DNA of 59,394 bases, the filler included. It is 3 parts of 3 records of this genome, joined end to end, with 100 filler letters (N's around TTAATTAATTAA, not from the genome) between each part and the next. Parts side by side here need not be neighbours in the genome. Positions count along the whole stretch, not along the records: positions 14,513 to 46,373 come from SRR20825019_85; positions 46,474 to 59,394 come from SRR20825019_90; 1 more part is not named here. The stretch is one strand, 5' to 3'. Of the stretch, positions 41,267 to 49,945 are shown one piece after another (position 1 is the first letter of the stretch; the number at the start of each line of letters is the position of its first letter). The position numbers and the translations under genes are program-made. The notes under the pieces were generated by a model. The model was not told where the DNA came from. It searched no databases and worked only from the letters and a program-made list of their open reading frames with translations.

Positions 41267-42151
41267 ATGCACACCATCTCCTCCATCCTCCGAACACTTT
41301 TTCTATCCTCCATCGCTGTGCTTATTTTCACTCTTGTGACTGCCTATGCGAATAAAGAAAATGATCCTATCGATCTTCAAGCGGCAATAAAAGCTGGAAC
41401 TGTCAGTGTAAAAGCCGTTTCTAACGGGAAATATAGTGGAAACTCTGTTGTTGTAAACATGACGAGCCTGACTGGAAGATCACAAAGTATTCTAATTCCC
41501 GCAGGAACATTGTATTACCCAAGTGATGACGGAGAGCAAACACTTATTCAATTGGAAGATCAACTGATTGTTCTCCAAGGAAAGGAAACAAAGCGCCAAT
41601 TAATTGCTGGCTTCTGCTCTGAATCGTCAGATAGATGTCCAACAGACGAAAACACGTTTAAACTGGGAAAATCAACCGATGCTAAGCTCGTAAAGCTGAT
41701 TGATTACCTGAAAACAAAAAAAATAGATAAATCGACTTATCAAGAGGCAGTTTGGGCGATTACAGATGGACACTCGATTTCTTCCATTTATTCAGACAAA
41801 ACAGACATTCGCGACTTTAGAACATTTATGGCCGATCTCACTGGACAAAAAGACACTTGGTTCTCATCACCACAGGAATACGCGCTTGATCCCAGAGGAA
41901 ATATAAACCGTGAAACTGTTAGAATTACGGGTCAACTAACGTTTGATTCTGACGGAAACAGCCCTATTCATCAAGAGCTTTGTGATGAAGAAGGAAATGT
42001 GTTATATAAAAGTAGTTCTTCCACTCCACGGAAATCGAAAGACGTGAAAATGAGTTTTAGCGTACGCGTTCAGGGATGGGAAAAAGGAAATTATATTGTA
42101 AAAATAATGGACGGAACAACAGAATTGAAACGCTTTGACTTTATTGTTTAG
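41267..42151 (+). CDS. Exported hypothetical protein with thioester-domain-like motifs
   Basis: Signal peptide from ATG 41267; motifs EQTLI, GFCSE...P, YQEAVWAITD; Ig/CTD-like C-terminus. Confidence 0.65.
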   Translation: MHTISSILRTLFLSSIAVLIFTLVTAYANKENDPIDLQAAIKAGTVSVKAVSNGKYSGNSVVVNMTSLTGRSQSILIPAGTLYYPSDDGEQTLIQLEDQLIVLQGKETKRQLIAGFCSESSDRCPTDENTFKLGKSTDAKLVKLIDYLKTKKIDKSTYQEAVWAITDGHSISSIYSDKTDIRDFRTFMADLTGQKDTWFSSPQEYALDPRGNINRETVRITGQLTFDSDGNSPIHQELCDEEGNVLYKSSSSTPRKSKDVKMSFSVRVQGWEKGNYIVKIMDGTTELKRFDFIV

Positions 42152-42178
42152 CAGCTACGTTACTCCTTAGTTTCAGGA

Positions 42179-42436
42179 TTAAACTGTCTCTGGACTCATT
42201 GCCACGACTGCTTTTACTTCAGGAGCCATTCTTTTCACCGATTCTTCCAAACCAGCTTTAAGCGTCATCAGCGACATAGAACAATCGCTACAAGATCCAA
42301 GTAAACGAACTACCACAGTGGCATCGTCTTGAATCTCTACCAATTCCATATCTCCGCCGTCTGCATTAAGGAAAGGTCTCAACTGATCCAACGCTTCCAA
42401 CACCTTCACCTCTATACTCTTTTTATCAATTGACAT
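42179..42436 (-). CDS. NifU/NfuA C-terminal domain protein
   Basis: LRPFLNADGGD, GSCSDC, TLKAGLE. Confidence 0.92.
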   Translation of the reverse strand: MSIDKKSIEVKVLEALDQLRPFLNADGGDMELVEIQDDATVVVRLLGSCSDCSMSLMTLKAGLEESVKRMAPEVKAVVAMSPETV

Positions 42437-43508
42437 TTTGTCCCGTTTTCTGTTTTAGCTCTTTTAGCTGTTCTACAAAAGTACTAACTAATTCTTCAAA
42501 TGCTTTGGCAACAATGGTATTCTCTTGAAAAACAGCAGGTTTTCCAATATCTCCAGCCTCTCTAACACCTTGAACAAGCGGAATATGTCCCAAAAACGGA
42601 ACATTCATTCCATGTGCTAAATTCTTAGCCCCATCACGTCCGAAAATATAATACCTATTATCTGGAAGCTCCTCAGGTGTAAACCACGCCATGTTTTCAA
42701 TAATTCCAAGTACTGGAACGTTAATTGAGTCCAATTGGAACATATTCACTCCTTTACGTGCGTCAGCCAACGCCACCTCTTGAGGCGTACTCACAATTAC
42801 AACACCATCCAACGGTACAGTTTGCACCAATGACAAATGGATATCACCTGTTCCTGGTGGCAAATCGATTAGAAGGTAATCTAATTCACCCCAATACGCG
42901 TCTGTAAACATTTGCGTGAGCGCTTTCGCTGCCATTGGACCTCTCCAAACAACCGCGTTATTTTGCTCCGTAAAAAATCCGATGGACAGAATCTTAATTC
43001 CGTAGCTCAACACTGGATTAATTTTGGGTGTACCTTCGATATCAAGCATCGTTGGTCGTTCATGCACCACGTCGAACATCGTTGGCATTGAAGGCCCGTA
43101 AATATCCGCATCCACAATTCCAACTCGGTATCCAGCTTTCGCTAGACCTCCCGCCAAATTAGCGGTTACTGTAGATTTTCCTACCCCTCCTTTTCCTGAA
43201 GCAATTGCAACGATATTTTTTACTTCTGGTAAGATTTTTCGATGGGTTGCTTTAGCTTCAGCAGGAATTCCCGCCACTTCAGCTTGAACCACAACTTCTC
43301 CAAAAGAGCGCTTAAGGTTGAACTCAAGTGCCTCTTTCATACGTTTACGCGCATGTAAAGCAGGATTGGAAACATATACCTTTAACGAAATATTATTTCC
43401 ATCGATTTTTAATTCTTCCACTAATCCAGCGGAAACAATGTCTTTTTTTAAATCTGGTTCAAGAATAGAACCGAGCACTTCTAGAACACTTTCGCGTGTA
43501 ATTTCCAT
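42426..43508 (-). CDS. apbC: Mrp/ApbC/NBP35 Fe-S cluster carrier ATPase
   Basis: ASGKGGVGKST, DADIYGPS, WRGPM, DLPPGTGD, GIIENM. Confidence 0.92.
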   Translation of the reverse strand: MEITRESVLEVLGSILEPDLKKDIVSAGLVEELKIDGNNISLKVYVSNPALHARKRMKEALEFNLKRSFGEVVVQAEVAGIPAEAKATHRKILPEVKNIVAIASGKGGVGKSTVTANLAGGLAKAGYRVGIVDADIYGPSMPTMFDVVHERPTMLDIEGTPKINPVLSYGIKILSIGFFTEQNNAVVWRGPMAAKALTQMFTDAYWGELDYLLIDLPPGTGDIHLSLVQTVPLDGVVIVSTPQEVALADARKGVNMFQLDSINVPVLGIIENMAWFTPEELPDNRYYIFGRDGAKNLAHGMNVPFLGHIPLVQGVREAGDIGKPAVFQENTIVAKAFEELVSTFVEQLKELKQKTGQNVN

Positions 43509-43547
43509 AAAAACGAGGAGTCGTTTGAAACAGTAAAACTATTTCGA

Positions 43548-44147
43548 TTATTTTTTTTCAGATGGTTTAATAGAACGAATTGACTTCGCCATTAACTCAA
43601 TGATTAATTTTTCGTGTCCTTCTTCACGTGACTTGAATTCGTATGTAAATCCGTTAATCACTTTTTGGGCATAAACATGATAGCTTTTATGTTCAATTCC
43701 AACAGTTGGAGATGCTTTTTTCGATCCACCGACAACCAACGTTCGTTCATAAACAATCATGTCTTTATCGTCAACAATGTAATTCACTTTGAAGAACTTT
43801 TGTTCTGCTAGTTCCTTCTTTTTGCTTTCTATGAGATCGGTGATGTCACCATAATCTTCAATTAACATTTGAAAATTCGGACCTACATTTATCGACCATT
43901 TAATGTCGGTTTCGTAATGATCGACCTCTGGTTTTGTAGATGCTCCGATATTTGCCGTTTCATCAGGTAACAAAATGGTAGCCGGAATTTCATAGCCGTT
44001 AAGGGTAAATGATTGAAACTCGTAGTAATCGTCATCTATAACGATTTCATCGATTTCTTCAGGACCACTTTTGCATCCCGCAACCATGAGCCCCAAGAAA
44101 AATAAGGATGGAATAATAAATTTAGCTGAAAATAACGACCTTAACAT
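43548..44147 (-). CDS. Hypothetical lipoprotein
   Basis: Lipobox VAGC; 199-aa ORF co-oriented with neighbours. Confidence 0.65.
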   Translation of the reverse strand: MLRSLFSAKFIIPSLFFLGLMVAGCKSGPEEIDEIVIDDDYYEFQSFTLNGYEIPATILLPDETANIGASTKPEVDHYETDIKWSINVGPNFQMLIEDYGDITDLIESKKKELAEQKFFKVNYIVDDKDMIVYERTLVVGGSKKASPTVGIEHKSYHVYAQKVINGFTYEFKSREEGHEKLIIELMAKSIRSIKPSEKK

Positions 44148-44278
44148 TCCCTTGGATTATTAAATAAAACATCGAATTGAATTGTACAAATATACATAAA
44201 GCGACTGAATTAAGGAATTTCCACAAAATCTGAATCGCTCCATAACAAGAAGTAAGAATTCGTAGTGGGAGAGAAGGT

Positions 44279-44689
44279 TTAACGAATCATAACTCCTCTT
44301 TCGCCAAGAACAGGAATCACCTTCATGTTTTGTTCTGAAATAGTTTCAGGTAGGAATACGAACTTCTTGTCGTACATCACATCATCCGCCCAAAAACTCA
44401 CCCAATATTCGTTTGCAAGTCCAAAAACTTCTTCAATAATAGGTTCAATTTTCGCAGCTTCATTTGGAAGTAAAACTTCGAGGCAATGTCTTAACGTTGA
44501 TGTTTCCACTCGTTCTCCCGAGTTTGCATTTTCACCAAAGCCTTTGCTCGTAATCATAATGCCTTCCATGATGTCCTCCCGAAGATTAATCAAGTAAACA
44601 TTATAGATTTTTTCGTTCAACTCGTTCAATTGCTGAACTACTGCTACTCCAACGTTATCAACTGTAGGGCCTTTTAATTCTTCGCGCAT
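44279..44689 (-). CDS. Conserved Bacteroidota hypothetical protein
   Basis: YNVYLIN, SKGFG, TSTLRH, LANEYWVSF, YDKKFVF. Confidence 0.75.
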   Translation of the reverse strand: MREELKGPTVDNVGVAVVQQLNELNEKIYNVYLINLREDIMEGIMITSKGFGENANSGERVETSTLRHCLEVLLPNEAAKIEPIIEEVFGLANEYWVSFWADDVMYDKKFVFLPETISEQNMKVIPVLGERGVMIR

Positions 44690-44690
44690 T

Positions 44691-45932
44691 TTAATTTGAC
44701 GTTTGCGATTTGATCATTTTTGCGAGCGCAATATACTGAAACAAGTCGAGTCCATGCCCTTCATACTTTTCATTTGCCTCACAATACTGTTTATCCTTCT
44801 TCAAGTGTTCCGGGATTTCAAATTTCTGTGACCGATTCATTCCAAGGCGCACAATCAGTATGTTCTCACTCGGAATAGTAATGATGTACTGCCCAAGAAT
44901 TCCTCTACAATAATAAACTGGATTCGTGCCGCCAAAATAGGTCCACAAGTGCAATCCGTACTGTCTATTTGTTTTTCCATCTTCCGTTAGCAAATTCGCT
45001 GGACGAATCATTTCAGCATAATACCACTCTGGAATTATTTGTTCTTCTCCGACTTTCCCTTTGTTCAATAACAGCTGTCCGATTTTTGCAAAGTCGCGCG
45101 CCGTAGCATACATACAACAAAATGCTTTCTCGTCTCCATTTTCGTCATCAAGACTCCAATAAGCATCATTTTTAGCTCCAATTTTGCTCCAAATCTTCTC
45201 TTGTGCATATTCCGCCAAATCCCTTCCAGTAGCTTTTTCAACGATAAATGCGAGTAATTGAGAATTCCCACTTTGGTAACGAAAGACCTTTCCAGGTTCA
45301 TTAATCAACGTTTGTCGCATTGTTTGCTCCCGCAAGTTCCAACCGTAATAAGACTCAGCGTTATCGGACAATGGATTCGCTCCACTTTCAGTCCAAGACA
45401 AGCCTGAAGACATTGTTAAAAGATCACGAACCGTTACTTTTTCAGCATCCTTCCCTTTAAATTCGGGGAGATAATTGGCAATACTTTCATCTAAGTTTTT
45501 GATTTTGCCTTCTTCAATGGCTATTCCAACGAGCAGTGCAACAACGGTTTTTGCAACAGAGAACGAATTGCTCACGGATTGCTGGTCGTGGCCATCCCAA
45601 TATTCTTCATAAAGTAGTGTGTCACCATGAAAGACCATAAAAGCTCTTGTGTCTAAACCTTCGATGTACTTCCTGAGATCGCTCGGAATTTTTTGTTGAT
45701 TAATGTTTTTATGCTTCAAGGTTGGTGATCCATTTTCGGATTCTATTTTGGCGCTAGAAAAAATGTCCTTATCGTAGATTGAAGGTCCCATTCTTCCAAC
45801 AAAATAGGTATTCATTACTCCTTTGTAGATGTAAAATCTTCCAGACAATAGAATGAATGCATTCACGGTAAGCAAAAGCCCAACAATGGTGATCAGGAAA
45901 TATTTTCCCGTTTTCTTTAAGATTTTCTTCAT
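44691..45932 (-). CDS. Serine hydrolase (beta-lactamase class C-like)
   Basis: SFSVAK (SxxK), LLTMSSG, FRYQS, GILGQYI. Confidence 0.9.
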   Translation of the reverse strand: MKKILKKTGKYFLITIVGLLLTVNAFILLSGRFYIYKGVMNTYFVGRMGPSIYDKDIFSSAKIESENGSPTLKHKNINQQKIPSDLRKYIEGLDTRAFMVFHGDTLLYEEYWDGHDQQSVSNSFSVAKTVVALLVGIAIEEGKIKNLDESIANYLPEFKGKDAEKVTVRDLLTMSSGLSWTESGANPLSDNAESYYGWNLREQTMRQTLINEPGKVFRYQSGNSQLLAFIVEKATGRDLAEYAQEKIWSKIGAKNDAYWSLDDENGDEKAFCCMYATARDFAKIGQLLLNKGKVGEEQIIPEWYYAEMIRPANLLTEDGKTNRQYGLHLWTYFGGTNPVYYCRGILGQYIITIPSENILIVRLGMNRSQKFEIPEHLKKDKQYCEANEKYEGHGLDLFQYIALAKMIKSQTSN

Positions 45933-46372
45933 AAGCTCTTGTAAACGTATCCGAATTGGTCGGCCAACATTCGCTTGAGCACCTGAGATACTTCTTGGAA
46001 GTCGAGCGGATATCCCAACTCTTGTTCCATTGAAGTTACAGCTTTGTCATCAATTCCGCAAGGAACGATATGTGAAAAGTAAGAAAGGTCGGAATTTACG
46101 TTAAAACCTATGCCATGCATGGTAACCCAACGTGAGCATTTTACACCCATTGCGCAAATTTTCCGGGCTGACGGTTTATCGCCATCCACCCACACTCCTG
46201 TGAGTCCATCTACTCTGGCCGCTTCAATTCCATACTCAGCAAGTGTTCGAATTACTGCCTCTTCAAGAAATCGTAGGTACTTGTGGATGTCCGAAAAAAA
46301 GTAATCGAGATCGAAAATTGGATATGCAACGAGCTGTCCAGGTCCGTGATATGTAATATCTCCTCCTCTATT
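45929..46372 (-). CDS. lipB: Octanoyltransferase LipB, C-terminal part (5' end lost at contig end)
   Basis: Translation from 46372: [20 protein letters not shown]...TGVWV...KICAMGV...TMHGIGFNV...IVPCGI. Confidence 0.95.
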   Translation of the reverse strand, partial: NRGGDITYHGPGQLVAYPIFDLDYFFSDIHKYLRFLEEAVIRTLAEYGIEAARVDGLTGVWVDGDKPSARKICAMGVKCSRWVTMHGIGFNVNSDLSYFSHIVPCGIDDKAVTSMEQELGYPLDFQEVSQVLKRMLADQFGYVYKSL

Positions 46373-46373
46373 G

Positions 46374-46473
46374 NNNNNNNNNNNNNNNNNNNNNNNNNNN
46401 NNNNNNNNNNNNNNNNNTTAATTAATTAANNNNNNNNNNNNNNNNNNNNNNNNNNNNNNNNNNNNNNNNNNNN
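46374..46473. other. Artificial contig spacer
   Basis: N-run / TTAATTAATTAA / N-run; 100 nt; composition switches from AT-rich to GC-rich across it. Confidence 0.97.
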
Positions 46474-46475
46474 AT

Positions 46476-46649
46476 CTTTCCCTCGCCCAGAAACACGCCT
46501 GGAACCTCGCCCGCACCCTCATGATTCCGGTCATCCTCTTCAAGTCCGACGACGAATATGGCGTCCTGCCCGCCGACGAGGTCGACGACGCCGAGATAGT
46601 CATCCTCTTCGAATACGACCCTTACACCGGCGGTCATTCTGTCCACTGA
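46476..46649 (+). CDS. Small hypothetical protein, 5'-truncated
   Basis: Manual translation LSLAQKHAWNLARTLMIPVILFKSDDEYGVLPADEVDDAEIVILFEYDPYTGGHSVH*, with high GC at third codon positions; followed by hairpin 46673-46695. Confidence 0.65.
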   Translation, partial: LSLAQKHAWNLARTLMIPVILFKSDDEYGVLPADEVDDAEIVILFEYDPYTGGHSVH

Positions 46650-46761
46650 CAGCTCAACTATTTCCTGTCTCGAAGGCGGCGCACTGCGCCGCCTTTCTGC
46701 TTTACCGGCACACCGGCGGTGGTCCGTCCCGGGAAAGATCCGGGCGGAGCCGGCAGCACCG

Positions 46762-46925
46762 GCAACGGCTTTGCCGTCCTCCTCTTCGTTCCGGCCCTTC
46801 GCCACCCCGCCGCGCTGCGCGCACCGAGGCCTCGGCTCGGGTGCCGCTCCTGCCTTGAGCCCCGCCGTTTTCGGACCTCGTGACGGACCGCGATCGGCGC
46901 GGTCCTGAAATCAGGAGGTCTGAAA
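46762..46925 (+). promoter_or_regulatory. Conserved structured upstream element, copy A (before ardC)
   Basis: Shares ordered sequence blocks with copy B at 48316-48503. Confidence 0.65.
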
Positions 46926-47855
46926 ATGAAAAGGAAAGAGAAAAGCCCGCGCGTCGATATCTATGCGCGGATCACCGAGACGATTGTCACTGAACTGGAA
47001 AAAGGTGTGCGCCCCTGGATGAAACCCTGGAGCGCGGGCGGGCTCGAAGGCCGGATCACGCGACCACTTCGCGCCACCGGCGAGCCCTACACGGGCATCA
47101 ATGTCCTCCTGCTCTGGTCGGAAAGCCTCGCCCGAGGCTTCGAAGCGCCACTGTGGATGACCTACCGGCAGGCCGGTCAGATCGGGGCACAGGTCCGCAA
47201 GGGCGAGACCGGCGCAACCGTCGTCTATGCCAGCCGCTTCACGAAGACCGAAACGGATTCCCGTGGCGACGAGGTCGAGCGGGATATCCCGTTCCTCAAG
47301 ACCTACACCGTCTTCAATTGCGATCAGATCGATGGATTGCCTGAGCAGTTTTATCACCGGCCGGACAAGATCACCGATCCGTTATCGCGTATCGAGCACG
47401 CGGACCGCTTCTTCGAACATACCGGCGCTGTCATCCGCCACGGCGGCGCAAAAGCCTTCTTCGCTCCCGCAAGCGACCACATCCAGATGCCGCCCTTCGA
47501 GAGCTTCCGGGATGCGGAATCCTACGTGGCTGTCCTCTGCCACGAGGCAACCCACTGGACGGCGCCAGCGCACCGGGTCGGACGCGATCTTTCGCGTTAT
47601 CACAAGGATCGCTCCGACCGCGCTCGTGAAGAACTCATTGCCGAGCTCGGAAGTTGCTTCCTGTGCGCCGATTTGGGTGTGGTGCCTGAGCTGGAGCCCC
47701 GGCCGGATCACGCAAGCTACCTCCACTCCTGGCTGAAGGTCCTCAAGGACGACAAGCGGGCGATCTTTCAGGCGGCGGCGCATGCACAACGCGCCGTGAC
47801 CTATCTTCATGGTCTTCAACCGGCTCGGCTTACTGAAGAGCAAGAGGCGGCGTAA
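46926..47855 (+). CDS. ardC: Antirestriction protein ArdC (ssDNA-binding domain + zincin-like domain)
   Basis: PWMKPW, YTGINVLLLW, WMTYRQA, QVRKGE, YTVFN, HEATHWT, EELIAELGS, SYLHSWL. Confidence 0.93.
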   Translation: MKRKEKSPRVDIYARITETIVTELEKGVRPWMKPWSAGGLEGRITRPLRATGEPYTGINVLLLWSESLARGFEAPLWMTYRQAGQIGAQVRKGETGATVVYASRFTKTETDSRGDEVERDIPFLKTYTVFNCDQIDGLPEQFYHRPDKITDPLSRIEHADRFFEHTGAVIRHGGAKAFFAPASDHIQMPPFESFRDAESYVAVLCHEATHWTAPAHRVGRDLSRYHKDRSDRAREELIAELGSCFLCADLGVVPELEPRPDHASYLHSWLKVLKDDKRAIFQAAAHAQRAVTYLHGLQPARLTEEQEAA

Positions 47856-48315
47856 TGCATTCCTTCCGAATGACCCTGGCGGAGTGCGATCAGCTCTCCG
47901 CCGGGCCGTATCCCGGCTTTGCAGTGCTCGTGTCTACCACAGCAATGATACCGCTTCCTCATCGGCTATATCGAGGTTGTGAATAAGGGATCAAAAGGCT
48001 TTGGTCATCACGGCCCTTGCGTCGATGTACCTGCTCATTCCCTTTCGATCGCCACAACATCCAAACTTAGTTCAACGCACTGTGGGGGATGAGAGCGGTG
48101 TCGCATTCTGTGAGAAAGGCTCGACAGCGCCACGTGGTAACCTCGTCGTTGGCAAGGGCTTCATGTTATGCTGTCCGATCATATTTCGGATCGGGGGTTG
48201 CGATACGACGGTTGCCGGTCTTCACTCCCGTTCAAATGTCACCAACGCGCCGCCCAATGCGGTCTCGATTGAGGCATGTCTGACCGGAAAACGGCTTCGC
48301 CTCGCTCGGCCTGAC

Positions 48316-48503
48316 GCAACGGCGCTTCGAAACTTTCTTCCCCTTCGAACTTCATTCGAATTCCTCGCGAGCCAAGAAAGTGTCTCCCCGCCGTCCTCCA
48401 TTTCATTCCGTCCCCTTTGGGGTGCGCGCCGATCGCTCCCGGTCTCCTGACAGCCATCGAGGCCGCGATAGGCGCTGCCCGAAACATCGAAAGGATGAAG
48501 ACA
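48316..48503 (+). promoter_or_regulatory. Conserved structured upstream element, copy B (before DUF736)
   Basis: Shares ordered sequence blocks with copy A at 46762-46925. Confidence 0.65.
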
Positions 48504-48821
48504 ATGGCAAACATCGGCACTTTCACCACCACCAAGAACGGCTTCACCGGTCAGATCAAGACCCTCGCCCTAAACGTCAAGGCCCGCCTCGAGCGCGTCG
48601 AAGCCCCTTCCGAGAACGGCCCACAGTTCCGCATCTTCTCCGGTGCAGTTGAACTGGGCGCCGGGTGGCAGAAGCAGGCGAAGGGAACCGAGCGGGATTA
48701 CATCTCGGTCAAGCTGGACGATCCGAGCTTCCCTGCTCCGATCTACGCAACCCTGATCGAGGTGGACGGTCAGGAAGGGCTGCAACTGATCTGGTCCCGC
48801 CCGAACGGCAATCGCGACTAA
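48504..48821 (+). CDS. DUF736 family protein
   Basis: MANIGTF...G.I.TL.LNVK...ELGAGW...[17 protein letters not shown]...LIWSR; ATG 48504 preceded by AAAGGA. Confidence 0.88.
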   Translation: MANIGTFTTTKNGFTGQIKTLALNVKARLERVEAPSENGPQFRIFSGAVELGAGWQKQAKGTERDYISVKLDDPSFPAPIYATLIEVDGQEGLQLIWSRPNGNRD

Positions 48822-48928
48822 CCGCCGGAGGAGGGCCTCGTCGCAAGACGGGGCCTTCCGCGCGATGGGGTGTATTGAACTTCGGCTGCAAATGAACTAA
48901 GTTGAATGGACTAAGCAGGAGCACCGCT

Positions 48929-49174
48929 ATGCACACCGTCAATATCCACGAGGCCAAGACACACCTGTCGCGTCTGATAGAGAAGGCCGCGAAGGGCGAA
49001 CCCTTTATCATCGCCAAAGCGGGCAAACCGCTTGTGAAGGTCATGGCGCTGGATGCACCGATGCCCGGCGCAACAAAGCGCACCGGCTTCATGGCCGGTC
49101 AGTTCACCGTGCCTGATGACTTTGATTGCATGGGTGACGAAGACATCGAAGCAATGTTTGGAGGCGATGCGTGA
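48929..49174 (+). CDS. Phd/YefM family antitoxin
   Basis: VNIHEAKTHLSRL...GE...IAKAGKP; ATG 48929 preceded by AGGAG. Confidence 0.92.
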   Translation: MHTVNIHEAKTHLSRLIEKAAKGEPFIIAKAGKPLVKVMALDAPMPGATKRTGFMAGQFTVPDDFDCMGDEDIEAMFGGDA

Positions 49175-49557
49175 GGTTCCTTCTCGATACCCATCTTCTT
49201 TTGTGGGCCGCAAGCGATCCAGAGCAGTTGCCCGCACAAGCGCGTGCCGAAATCGAGAACTCCGACAACGATTTGATCTTTAGCGCGGCGAGTCTTTGGG
49301 AAGTCGCTATCAAGACAGGCCTGGGACGCCCGGATTTCGCGGTCGATCCACGGTTACTGAGGCGTGGGTTGGTGGACAATGGCTATCATGAACTGGCGAT
49401 CACCGGTGAACATGCGATCGGCCTTTTGGTGCTTCCTCCCATACACAAGGATCCTTTCGATCGTATTCTGATTGCGCAGGCCGTTGCCGAGGGAATTGTC
49501 CTGATGACCGTGGACGAGAAGATCGCGCGATATCCGGCGCCGGTCCGGTGCTTTTGA
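49171..49557 (+). CDS. vapC: VapC PIN-domain toxin
   Basis: LLDTH, SAASLWE, HKDPFDR; GTGA overlap with the antitoxin. Confidence 0.92.
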   Translation: MRFLLDTHLLLWAASDPEQLPAQARAEIENSDNDLIFSAASLWEVAIKTGLGRPDFAVDPRLLRRGLVDNGYHELAITGEHAIGLLVLPPIHKDPFDRILIAQAVAEGIVLMTVDEKIARYPAPVRCF

Positions 49558-49588
49558 TTGTTCGCAACATCGGTGGGCGTCAAAGCTA

Positions 49589-49849
49589 TCAGCGCCGCTG
49601 TACTGCCGCATCGCGATATCCGCGGCGCCTTTTGCTACGCTCAAGACGGTGCAGCGCGGACCCTGCATCGGCGTTCGTATCGAATGTTTCCATCATCGTC
49701 TGACCGCGTCTTCCAATCCTTCCCCAGTCGCGAATGAGCGACGCGCCGCCGAACAGCGTGGGCTGAAGGCTCAGGCTGTAGAAGCGGCGCATATTCTGGG
49801 CCGGGTCGATGCGACGAAGATGAACCTGGTCGGGAGTGAATGTCTGCAT
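49589..49849 (-). CDS. Stand-alone WGR domain protein
   Basis: DPAQNMRRFY...QPTLFG...WGRIG...KRRRGY; ATG 49849 chosen as start. Confidence 0.88.
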   Translation of the reverse strand: MQTFTPDQVHLRRIDPAQNMRRFYSLSLQPTLFGGASLIRDWGRIGRRGQTMMETFDTNADAGSALHRLERSKRRRGYRDAAVQRR

Positions 49850-49945
49850 GCGAAGAGTCTCTTCGACACCGCAACCGAAGTCCAATGAGTTGTGTGAATC
49901 AAAGCAGGACAATTGATTCACAACGTTGATACACATTCCTCGCGA

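Noticed and set aside
46418-46805. Minus-strand ORFs running into the N spacer
   Set aside because: They end on the artificial stop cassette; the plus-strand frame has better coding character
48001-48547. ORFs of 149 and 102 aa across the ardC-DUF736 gap
   Set aside because: No motifs, and they overlap the conserved structured non-coding element
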